DNA of 64,000 nt from Asterias rubens (lineage: Eukaryota), in NCBI RefSeq assembly GCF_902459465.1, contig NC_047065.1:868001-932000 (forward strand), written 5' to 3'. The position numbers and the translations under genes are program-made. Within the stretch, counting starts at the first letter, position 1. Each line of letters opens with the position of its first letter. Positions 32,860-45,500 of this stretch are shown one piece after another. The notes beneath the pieces are model-generated. The model was not told the origin of the DNA. It saw nothing but the letters and a program-made list of their open reading frames with translations, and made no database searches.

Positions 32860-35800
32860 TTGGTTCAAGACTCGTGATATCAAAATCCCCCATAGACGAC
32901 ACTGTGATAGCGGTCTATGGTGAGAGTGCGCCCTCTTGTGATAGTACGGGAGAGTCTTGAGCCAAGACTAGTTCTTTGCGTCTGGGTGGCGGCCTTGCCC
33001 CCCCCCCCCCCCCCATTCATTATCGCCACAGTGTTATCAAAATGTTAACATTGGAGTTAACCAACATCAGGGGACCTTTATGTTTGGTACACACTACACA
33101 CAATGGGTGTTATCTCACTGCATTGTGTATGTGACGGATTATAAACTCTAGATTGGCAATCGAGTTTTTATAACGGTAACATTTTCTCTTGTTATCTTCT
33201 CTCGATGTACAAACATTCAACCTACTCAACGCATACTAAAGCAAGTTGTGTAAGGGGTACGGGTTAGATTAAATAACTGATGCAATCTGTCATATGGGTC
33301 AGCCATACCTTCGGGGCTGCCATTTTGTTGTTCAACCAACAAATCTACATATCCAAACCGAGGCTGAAAGGTATTACGAAAGGTATTAAAAAAAGACTTC
33401 AATATTGTGACTTTGGGGTGTTAATGCAAATGACCATGCTGGCTCTGACTAATTGAATCGAAATGTGGTGGTTCCTCTGTATACGGAATAATAAACCATT
33501 GCTGTAGTTGCAGTTAGAATTAAAAATTAATGACAAAAATACCCCATTGTCCACATTGGACTCGTTATTGTTGCAAAGGTCATTTCAACCCAAACATCAT
33601 CTCACTGATTGTTATCAAACAAAATTTCGTATTAGATTTATCATTTAGCTGCATAATGATGGGCATTTATTTATACGATCTTTAATGACTAGAAATAACG
33701 TTCCACAGAACAACAAATACACTTAAGGTCAATTATTTTCCCAGTTTGTTCGATTCTCTTATAGGTATTTGTGGAAGCAAACGCAACGGGCAGTGTTCGT
33801 TATAGCCTAAAGCGCTCCCCGTTAAGGCACTAAGAAAAATTGCAAAGTGAACGCGAGGTATGCTTTGCACAGCACACGATTGGAAACTAAAAACAAAAAA
33901 CAAAAACCATCAACAAACAAACGAAAAAAGGTTGGTAAGCAATTTGCAACAGCTTATTATATATTTTCTCAATGGATTTATATATAGTTACATGATATGC
34001 ACTTTTCACGAACGATAGTGGACATTGTGTTTTCATAATGCCGCTGGGTACCAGAGAGCACGCGCGTGTTTGTGTATTATAAATAGCCCATGACCTTTAT
34101 CGTTATTTAGTACGAAATGCAAATCGACTGATTCAGAAGAAAACAATTAACAGGACATTTTTTTTTTCTTTTCATAATTAACATCGCGATCATGTTTCCT
34201 ATTTATTTCTTTTCGCCACATTTCATATACATGATTTTTATTTTGTAGTATTTTTTGTATAAAGGCTACTCGTTTACTATACTTGGCAGGTTTTTCCTTC
34301 AGTCACGTTTGGTAACCTAATTAAACCTTATCAAACTAAATATTAGCACATAAACTTCCATGGTAACGGGCAACGGAGAGCTGTTTATGGTGAACAATTA
34401 TTGTGAGAAATGACTCTCTCTGAAGTAACGTGGGTGTTTATTTAAAGGTAATTTCTCACTAAAATACTTGAATCTGAGAAAGACTTCATCAGTCCTGAAG
34501 GCATACAAATTTGTCAAACGATTACAATAGTGTTTTCGATTAATTCCTTGCAACTTCGATAACCAATTAAGCCAAAATGTTCACAAATTTGTTAATTTAT
34601 GCATACGAGTCCGGTGCATCTAAACTATACAAATGTGTTGCGAGTCGGTGCCTCCCTTTTAAAAAACCTCACAATACTTTACACGAAGCACCCCCCCCCC
34701 CCCCCCACACACACACATCAACCAAGGTTGATAAATCTTCTTACTGTCCATCCCCTTACACACACAGTGGCGGTTGCTATGCGTGCTACTTTTCCCCAAT
34801 TTTGTAATATTATTTACTTTGGGTTGTATCTGTAATTTATTTGGAAACTCGAGTGTTGTAGCTTAGCAACCACTGACCAAACAACATGACATGAAAGGCA
34901 TACCGACAACGAGACAGATAGTTCTTCTTTGCATCCCCGCATTAGTCCCTCCCTGTAGTATAGAACTATAGAATTGGCATCCTCAACAACTTTCCCGATT
35001 TGTTTTTAGACATTCCCTTTTGGAATCGCACTATACGGCAGTGGCAAGTTGATGTAAAGAAACAACAAAAAACAATTACAGAATTAAAAGAATCAAAGTG
35101 ACTTCTCCCACAATAATTTCGGTCTTTTTTAAAGTCCAACTTAGACTATTGACAATAAATTCTGAACCAAAAACAAAAACCATAACAATCAGCTCAAGTG
35201 ATAAATCCCGTCAACTGAAGTGCTTGCGAGAGAATAACAGTCGTGCAAACGAAAATTTCCGGTCACAAGAGGTAAAAAGGTGCATCAACGTTATTAACTT
35301 GCATCCGTACACAGAACGAAAAGCTTTCAACGTGGGCACCATTCAGTTTAATCTTACAGTCGGTGACAAGGACTTATTACACGAGTTTCATACTTTTAGA
35401 TTCAAATTTTTGATTTGATAAATCACAACCAAGGTTTTTTACAAGATGGTGCAAGACAATTCCACTAAGCAACACTTGGGATGTGTGGAGGTCTTTAACT
35501 TCAGGTATGGGATTTGAGGCATTGCATGGGGAGCAGTATTGTAGTCGAGACCTTTAAGTCCGAGAGAGACCTACAACACTGATGGAGAGGTATCAATGTA
35601 TATTTGGGTTGCGGTAATACCATGTGTATATCTACTTAGGAGATTGTGTTCTTTTGAGAACTTTTCCTGCCGCGGCAATAGACCTGCTTCCATCTTGGTC
35701 ATGTTCCTCGTATCGAATATCAATTATGAATGTGAATAATCATTTTGAAAATAGGTACCAGACTATTTTGTTCAGCCAGCCTCGGTTTGGTTACATTGAT

Positions 35801-36595
35801 ATCAATGGGAGAAATTCAAGATGGCTGCACCATGATAAAGGTCTATAGAGAAGTCTCCCGAATTCCAAAAAATATCTACTCATCAGCAGCATGGTAAAAT
35901 AGCAAGACGGCCCGGCTCGTCCCAATTTCCCATACAAATAATTGTCTGCTAAGCAAAAGAAAGAAGGATACCAGTCACAGATTATACATGTGCCATGCTT
36001 TTTTGGCTGGTAACCTTTCACACAGCAAGTATAGATAAATACACTACATTTAGATTTGTCTTCTTTATGCAATATTGTTTGAATGTCATCCGCCAGAGGG
36101 CTAGAAGATGACAGATTATAGACATTGTTAAAGAGTTGTAATTGTTCTCCCCTCCCTTGTCTCACATTGTTTGTTCTAAGGCGGGTATGTAACAGTACTT
36201 AATTAAGCTGTGACGTCATGGTGTTTCATCAGATATCACCTATCAATGATTTACGCTATCTACACACAAGCAACCAGGATTGGCTTATCACATCAGCCTC
36301 GTACCATGTATGATCGTGGAAACAATGCTATCGTTACTATATACTTACTAATATCAATAATTTCCACCTACAAAACTTGATGTGAACTTTGATCTACACA
36401 TCGAGCCAGTGCAATGCTGGTAATCTATCAACAACCACACCCGTACATTTGCAGTTAATCTGGGTAGAGATTGTAGAGAGTAGAGACGGTGGTTCTTTCC
36501 TTTGGAAATATAGTCGCTGTGTATTTTTAAAGAGATTTTTTATTGTATAAATATTGTGTTTTTTCCCTTCGGGTTGAGTTTAATCTCCCCGCAGG

Positions 36596-39500
36596 ATGGC
36601 GAGAAGTACTGCTTTACGGGACCAGCTTTTGGCTTGCTTGATATTTGGAATATTGTTGAAGGTAAGCAATCATTGTATCAGTCAAAGTAAAGCAAATGTG
36701 CACTTTATACTATTAATCTAACGTACCATAAAATTACACAATATTAAAATAAATGGCGATCGCACGGGGTCAAAGCGATTCAGCTATAAATAAAGTATCA
36801 CTACATGTGCATAAAATAGCAGAAAAGATCTGTGAATGGACCGAGGGAGTTCATGAAAATTACATTATTGAGAGTTGTTTATGTTTTGTCAAGTGTAAAG
36901 TGAACGAAAGTATAAATCTGAAAGGGCAGAGGTAGTTTGTTTACGAAACAACATAAAACTCAGAATCAAGCTTGATACATGTTTTTTGTTTTGTTTTATA
37001 CATAAGTTGTATTTTACAACTATCCCAGAACAGTTTTTGTTCTCGTTTTGTTATTGTAAACTGTTATTTGTGGTGTAGTGTGCAGTATTGTGTATGAAGA
37101 CAGTTAGTGTACGTTCACAGTTGTCTGCTGCTAAACATCTCGATGTGAAATAAATAATCAAAGTCATTAATATCTAACCATAATGTTCCTAATTTTGTTT
37201 CCAATAAAGTTTGGAGAATCAACGATCCACGAGGCTGGTCGATGTGTCATGTATAAGGAGTGTACACCAGGCGAATTGAACTGCATTAACAATACATTAG
37301 CGGTGCAGCTAAGTGGGCCCGACCATAAGACATTCTTAGCCCAAGTCTGCCCTCACCTCGCAGACAGTGAGAGGGTTTGCTGCGATCTAGATCAGTTGAA
37401 CACATTGAATGGATACCTCGCTCAAGTTCTAGGAGTGTTCAATCGTTGCCCGTCCTGCCAGGCCAACCTCATAAGGTACCAGTGCGACCTGGCATGTAGC
37501 CCGGACCAGAGTGTCTTTGTTGAGGTGGTTCCAGACTCACCAACCGCGACCGAAGTTACAAAAGTCCGACTTTATGCGACCGAGGAGTGGGCAAACGGCA
37601 CCCTAGACGCCTGCCGAGATGTGTTCTTTCCTTCGGCTAACAGACCCGTCATCGACATCAACTGCAATGGCTATTCGGCTGAGCAATGCCAACCCGAGAT
37701 ATGGCTGGACGCAATGGGAAATCCAGCCAACCGATTCGCCAAATTCACCACTGATGTGGTGTTGACTTCTAATGTGGATATACCAGGTATGGAACCGTTG
37801 GATTCAGTCGTAACATCATGTGCTGAGAAGGCCTCACCTGACTTACCAAGCTGTAGCTGTCAGGATTGTCGTGCAGCCTGCCCGCCTGGAATCCAGCCTA
37901 CCATCCCGCCGATTGCAGAGCCTTTCAAGGTGGCAGGAATCGACGGCTATACCTTCGCCGTAGTCGTTGGCTTCAGCGGTTTCGCAGTGCTGTTTCTAGC
38001 CGGTGTCATCGCCTACCACTGCATGCGTGACTCAGACGATCACCCCGAAATGGAAGACGGGAAACGACCATCCAAGAAACAACCACAGATAACCGAAGAC
38101 GACGTGAGTTGCTTCGAGAAAATCGGGAAAGTCTACGATGATGCCGTCCGTAGTTTCTTCACCCATCTCGGTACCTATGTTGCTTACCATCCCCTAGCTG
38201 TCTTGCTGATTACCCTAGCCGTTGCTGTACCATGTAGCATTGGGTTTGCCTTCTCAACAGTGACCACCGACCCGGTGCAGCTATGGTCCGGTCCCAACAG
38301 CAGAGCCCGCACTGAGAGGGTGTACTTTGATGACAAGTTTGTTCCGTTCCAGAGGACAGAGCAGCTCATCATCACAGCCAACCAAGACAAGTACAAACCA
38401 ACAAAGTATACACCCTGGAACTCAGACGAACCTCTCACTTTTGGATCAGTACTCAATATTAAAGTTCTTGAAAAGGTACGAATTTTTCCATAGTAAAAAA
38501 TAATGAAATTGTAATAACAATACACATTTTGGTACTCAATAAATGCGTCAAGGAACGGGTTGCTAATAATCCAGGTGCTGTATGAAACATTAGTAAAACA
38601 ATGTCATGACAATAATTTCCGTCTCAATTATCATGAGACTAAATTATTTTAGCATGTAAAAACATGATTTTCAAGCCAATGTTTTACTCATTTCTCAAAA
38701 ACTACAGCACCCCAGCCACTAATATTTTAAGGTACGCTTTCTGCTATCGTTATCTTCAAACTGAGTAAGTTTAGTGTAAACCTGTCGACACTGTGTTTTG
38801 TGTTACAAAAAGTACCCAAATCATTTTGGTCTGAACGCAAGAACAAAGCATTCAAAATGGCTGCTACAAAATAACGTTGGTACATGCACATTGCTTTTTG
38901 AACTTTCAAAACAAATTTATCAACAAATTCAGATAAATTAATTGAGTACCATTCCTCATATAAACAGAACCACCCACCAACTATATCTGACAAAATCTTT
39001 GATTAAGGCAAAGTATAACATCTATAATCTATAATTGAAGTCTATGGTCCTAGTTTTGTGAGTTCAGATAGGCATGCATGGTTATAGATAACTTCTATAA
39101 CTGCAATGTCACACACACACCACACGTTTCGTAATCACTCTTCAAATTAATGACTCTACAAACTTTTGGTTTGACCAAAAGTTTGTAGAGTCATTAATTT
39201 TAAGAGTGATTACCAAATGTATGTTACGTGTGACTTTACACATATTATACAAGCCTACAATAGCTTTCGACAGTAGGCTTTTAAAGCATCTGGAGAGAAC
39301 ATTTCACTTCAAAGTAATGTGATTATGTAAAAAGATATCAGTTTTTATGCCGCAAAAGTTGAATCTGAGAAGCGTTACTGTCTACTGTCAGAAATTAAGA
39401 GATTATTCTTCCAGCGTGTACATCGCTCTGAATTTTCGGTGATATCTAAAAAAAAAAAAGGGTCACTTTTGAAATGAAGTTTTCACATGCTAGTTTTATT

Positions 39501-42500
39501 GTATACATCTACATTTACAAAGGATTTAAACAACCGAAATGTTCCAAAAACCAAAATGTATACTTTGTCTTTAAAGGCAATGGACACTATTGGTAATTAC
39601 TCAAAATAATTATCATCATAAAACCTTTCTGGATTACGAGTGATTGGGAGAGGTTGATAGTATAAAACATTGTGAGTAACAGCTCCTTCTGAAGTAAGGT
39701 AATTTTCGAGAAAGGAGTAATTTTCCACGAATTTGATTTCGAGACCTCAAGTTTAGAATTTGAGGTCTCGAAATCAAGCATCAGAAAGCACAAAACCTCG
39801 TGTGACAAGGGTGTTTTTTCTTTCATTATTATCTCGCAACTTCGATGACCGACTGAGCTCAAATTTTCACAGGTTTGTTATTTTATGCATATGTTAAGAT
39901 ACAACAAGTGAGAAGACTGGTTTTTGACAATTACCAATAGTGTCCAGTGTGTTTGACAATAATGGGTAATATCTCTTTCAAGCGTTAAACCATGTTGCTT
40001 TCCCGAAACCCTATAACAGTTAGGTATACATTGCCTTTCAATTTAACAGTTTGAGAATGTTTTCATAAAGTTGTATAGTAAGACAATACAGAGAATGCAA
40101 TTTTTGTTATACTTGGTAGATTCTCGAGGTCCAAAAATACCTTCAAAATATGGAAGTTGAGCGCCCTTTAGAGGACGGAACCAGTGAGACTATCTCCCTT
40201 GCCGATATCTGCTGGGTACCAGTTACCTTACTACCACCTCCTACAACATGCGCGATTACGAGTCCCGTACAATACTGGCAGAGTAGTAATAGGAGTCTAC
40301 ACCAAACAGCTACGTCAGACGATGGCAGACCACAAGACTGGCATGATCATTTCTTATACTGTGTCAGGTAAGAAAGCAAGACCGTGCGCCATGACAAGAC
40401 GCATCACGTCCTCTCCTCCCTCAAAACCACCCTTGCAGGAGTGTTTTAAAGGGGATGATATCATTTTTCATAAAGCTTTCGAAAAGCTGCGACCGAAGTT
40501 GTCTCAGCCAACTTAAAGGGAGCAAATATTGTAAAGCATCTTGCTGAATGACACAAACGTCATGACCGGGACGTGAACCAACATTCCGATTAGTAAACCA
40601 CTAGAGTTTGAACCACTTGCACATGACACCAGATACCAAAAACCTTGTCGATATGACGAGCTCTGTGCCTAACACACCGGCACATTCAGTGGAACACGAT
40701 ACTACACAATAGTTATTGGTTTGTTTATTACATCTTTCCCTAGTCCAACAAATATTTTATCACCCCTCCATGTCGACACAATCTGGAGATACCATCTTGT
40801 TTTCTCCTCCCAATAGGAACCCACTAGCTCTAGCTGATGGGACTAATCTTGCCCTACCTCTCGGGTGTGTATCAGAGTTTCTTGGCCCCAGCTATCCCTT
40901 CATTGTGCTTGGTGGATTTAACGTCACCGATGAAGGTAAGTTTCCTATACGGTCGTCATACAGGACGGTTGGTTTAACGGATTTATTCACAAGACCGACT
41001 TTAAAAGTCTGAATTCACACAAAAACGTCTGACATTTATCATCTCTTAACAATTGAGCATATTCTAAGACTTCTATCATTCATACCTACATTGTGATCAT
41101 GGATTATTTTTTAATTACCAAATTGAATCGTCTGGATAACTCGTAATATCGAAAAACACAGAGAGCAACCCTTGATCGAGACGAGTCCGGTTGGGCAGTC
41201 AGGTTGGCTCAGTGGCTTCTCTCCACACCTTTCACCTCTGTGTAACCCCGGATCGATACCCGGACCGGAGCCTTACATGATTGGGTTTTAGTCTCTTCTG
41301 GCTGCATGGGTGTTCCCTATATATAGGGGTTTTCCCTCCCAAGCCTAAGACTGAAATTCCTTCATTGACTTCTCTACAAAAACTTGGTGTGATGTTTCCA
41401 TTAGTATGATTTGCCGACTAAATAACTCAGATGCAGAGAACCCTAGAAAACATTTCCTCTCCTTTACAGATGTTACATTTACATCGGGGAAAAATATTCA
41501 TTTTGGTATTACCCAAATACACCGATTTGTGTTAGCACTGTTTGCTCATCACTTTCTGGCCCAGAGTTCTGTGGAAAAATATCACAGGCATATGTATACT
41601 ACTTGGTGGGATTCGAACCCACGAACTTTGCAGTTGTATAGAGCAGTATCTATACCAACTAGACTCTTATTTCCTCTTGTTGATGCTAAACAGGTGAGCC
41701 GTTGTACCACACTGCCGAAGCAGTCATGGTCACCTTTGCCGTTAATAATTACCGTGATGATGAAGAGGATCTTCAATTCAAGAGATCTCTAGCCTGGGAA
41801 TCAGCTGCCATCGAATACATCGAGAAATACTTGGAAGAAAATGATGACTTGGTTATCAGATATATGATGGAGGTGGGTCTTGAGAAAAGTTGGGTTCTTT
41901 TACTCAAGAAGAAATATGCTTTTTCCAGAAGACGATCAGAGCATACTGATCGAAACGTCGAGTTGAAACCAACAGTTCTTTTCAGAACCACCCCAACTCA
42001 TTAGAGATAGTCATTTCATGGTGTTACCGCAAACCTTTCCATAAAGAAATATACTCTTGAACGCATTCTCCTGAATACGATCAGAACATACTGATCGAAG
42101 TGAATAGTTGTCAACCACCTGTTCTTTTCAGAACCAACACTACTCAAAAGAGATTTACACTTGGTGCTTACCGCAAACCTAACCTTATTATACTCTTTTA
42201 CCTCCAGGAATTTCCTTTATTTTATCCAAAAAACAAAAAAGGATTGACTTATTATAAGTGGATCAACACAACTAACTTCATATTCAATGCTAATGACGTT
42301 GCTTTTCTCTTGACATTGGTTAAAGTTGTTAAAAAAAATTGATATCAACAAAAACCTCAACATTACAGATTACATTTCTGAGTCACAGATGACAAAGTAA
42401 AAGGTTGACAATTATCTCGTTTTTCCGTCTTGATTCCAAGTGGGTCATAATTGTTATATTGGGAACCGGAATGGTTGCACTTGACTCAAACTTTAAAGAT

Positions 42501-45500
42501 GTCTTATTTATTTATTTATATGTTGTCTAGCGTTCCATTGAAGATGCCTTGATTGAGAGCAGCGAGGCAGATATACTGACTATCATCATCAGCTACTTGG
42601 TCATCTTTGCTTACATCGCGGTGGCTTTAGGAGAATTCAGCAGTCTTAAACGCATCCTGGTAAGATCAGTGCACATCAAGCAGCACATTTAGTGCACGCT
42701 CAGTTTTAAATATTGGAGGAAAGCTCCACAATGGGAAAAAAACACGCGATCAGGTTGGGACTCCGCGTCTGGGGTGGGATTCGAACCAGGGTCCACATAG
42801 GTGAAAGGCAGGGAAAGAAACCACTCAGCCAATCTGACCACAAATTTTTAAGTGATTAGTCATGATTTACCGATTTCACAGCACAGTACAAAAATTCACA
42901 ATATCTTGATTAAAATATATATTTCACAAGGCGTTTAGACAAAATTGCATTATTGTTAACAGTTATGATTGAGTACTGAATACAATCCTTACACACATCA
43001 GTGTGAGGGTAAAACCAAATAAGGTTATTATTTGCAACAGTTGGTAGGGTAAGACACTGCTCTAGAATTACAAAGGTCGTGGGTTCGAATCCCACTCGAG
43101 TAATACACCTGTGATTTTTTCCACGGAGCTAGGGAAAGTACTGAGTACAGTGCTAACACACAGGCGGTGTAAGGGTAAAACCAAATAAGGTTATTATTTG
43201 CAACAGTTGGTAGGGTAAGACACTGCTCTAGAATTACAAAGGTCGTGGGTTCAAATCCCACCATAGTCATACGCCGGTGATTTTGTCCACAGAGCTAGGG
43301 AAAGTTCTGAGTACAGTGCTAACACACAGGCGGTGTAAGGGGAAAACCAAAATTAATATTCTTTATCCAGGATGCAAATTTCTAATCTATTATGTTTTTT
43401 ATTACGGTTATGATTATTAAGATTATTATTATGATCATGATTAATATTATGATTATGATTATAATTATTATTATTTCTAGATTGACTCTAAAGTGACTCT
43501 TGGTTTAGGAGGTATCGTAGTGATTCTACTCTCAGTCACTATGTCTATGGGTATCTATGGATATCTCGGTGTGGCTACAACACTTATCATCATTGAGGTG
43601 GTGCCATTCCTTATGCTTGCTGTGGGTGCTGATAATATCTTTATTTTAGTCTTGGAATATCAGGTAAGGACAGTATGGAAATTACTATCAATTTGTGTTT
43701 TTTTTTATAAAATAAGGCAGTTTTATCAAACTACATGTAGCACTTTGCTAGGATTGAAACGTCAGGTTACAGAAACCCTAAGATATTGAAAACCTAAGAT
43801 GTGGAAAACATGATATCACATGATTAACTAGCCATCAAGAAAGACTCTGCTAGGGTCGAAACATCAGGTCATTGAAAACCTAAGATGTCAAAAATAAAAA
43901 TGATTTAGCAAGATGTGTAGCCTTTGAGAAAGACTCACCTAGGGTCGAAACGTCAGGCCATTAACTATTCTTTGCATTTATACCATAGGCCCTCTTGGTT
44001 GGTAAGCAGTTTGCAACAGCTAATTTTCTTGTTTACTTTGTAACATCCTAACATTACAACTACTGATTTGTTATAAAATAGAAGGTAGTGTATTTGAAAG
44101 TTCTGGGAGACGTTTTCCCAAAGGAAAAAATGTTCCTAATTAATTTGTTGCTCAAAAAATAGGAACCAAGTACACCATCCTATAACGACAACTGATTCGT
44201 TACAAAATAGAAAGTGTGTGCATTAGAAATTTCTAGGGGACTTTTTACAAAAAAACATTGATTTGTCGCTCTAAAAAGAGGAACCAAATACACCATCACA
44301 AAGTATCATCATTGCAGTCTCTCCTGAAACGTCCAGACCACACCGGCTCTTTTCAGGGCCAACACTCCAACAAAGAGATTTAAACACGAATGTACCCAAA
44401 AGTTTACTCTTATTTATGATTTCTTCTTATTTATCCACACCTCAAAGCTTCCAACAATACTTAATATTGCAGTTGATTACATTTGTGAACAGTTTTATAA
44501 CATGAAAGTTTGGTTTGATTTGCAGCGTGATGTGAGACAGCCCGGAGAGTCAAGAGAGCAACAGATTGGCCGAGTCTTGGGCAAGGTGGCTCCAGGAATG
44601 CTTATGTGTGGGCTGTCAGAATCCATTTCTTTCTTTCTAGGTTTGAAATTTTTAAACTACTTCAGTACCATGCCCTGAACTTTGCTAAAGAAGGGGTACA
44701 GCCATTTTCAGGCACAGTCCGGCACCCTTCTGAAGACGATCAGAGCGTCTTTATTGAAATATTGAGGTGTTCAAAACTGGTTCTGGTAGACCCCACACAA
44801 CTCAAAAGAGATTTAAAGATGTGGCTATCATAAACCTTACTTAACAAGAACAGGCAATGGGACATTGGACTCATTTTTCATAGTAATGGGCTGGCCTTAA
44901 GTCTTACTTCTTTTTCCTCTATCCTTGCTTGCAGGAGCTTTAACTGACGTACCAGCCGTGCAGACGTTTGCTCTGTGTGCTGGCCTGGCTGTCCTGATTG
45001 ACTTCCTTCTTCAAATAACTGCCTTTGTAGCTCTCCTCTCTCTGGATCTAGCAAGACAAGAAGTAAGAAAAGAAAAATTTAGACCAAATTAAGAATTCAC
45101 TCCGCGATAGTGAAGTTATCACGATCCACTGAAAGCTAAAGTAGTAGTCCCAGCCAATGTCCTGTCTTGTTCTTCCAAGGCAGAAGTTATTAAGCAAGGC
45201 AGTTCTTTTCAGAACTAAGTAATCTCCAGAATTCCGAATCTACTCTATGACAGTAGAAGTAAGACCAAGTTCCCAAAGAACAAAATCTACACAGCAAAAT
45301 AGATAAAATGTGTTACCAAAAACCAAATATAAATTGTTGTTTCAGTAAAAGTTTATAGATAAATATGCAATAAATTTGCACAGAATTTATTTAAAGTTTA
45401 ATCATTTCTGAATGTTCTTCTTAAAGAGTGGCCGAGTTGATGTAGTCTGCTGTACTCCTCCATGTCCATGCGGAAAGGGAAATATTGTTCGTCATCCTGG

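Noticed and set aside
32997-33016. Long C/G homopolymers (also 9170-9190, 27784-27799 and 34690-34705) as G-quadruplex signals
   Set aside because: They are single homopolymer runs next to repeats, common and error-prone, with no specific pattern.
34076-34126. TATAAATAG plus octamer ATGCAAAT, suggesting an snRNA gene or the NPC1L1-like promoter
   Set aside because: I recognise no snRNA sequence downstream and cannot link it to the acceptor at 36594 without transcript data.
37183-37209. ORF-track start MFLILFPIK as the start of the NPC1-family gene
   Set aside because: It is intronic polypyrimidine sequence before the AG at 37208-37209. The exon 36596-36661 supplies an in-frame signal peptide.
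43055-43100. tRNA-like A/B boxes here and at about 12283, 41600, 42775 and 51045
   Set aside because: There is no complete cloverleaf, and each continues into a shared SINE body, so they are SINE heads rather than tRNA genes.
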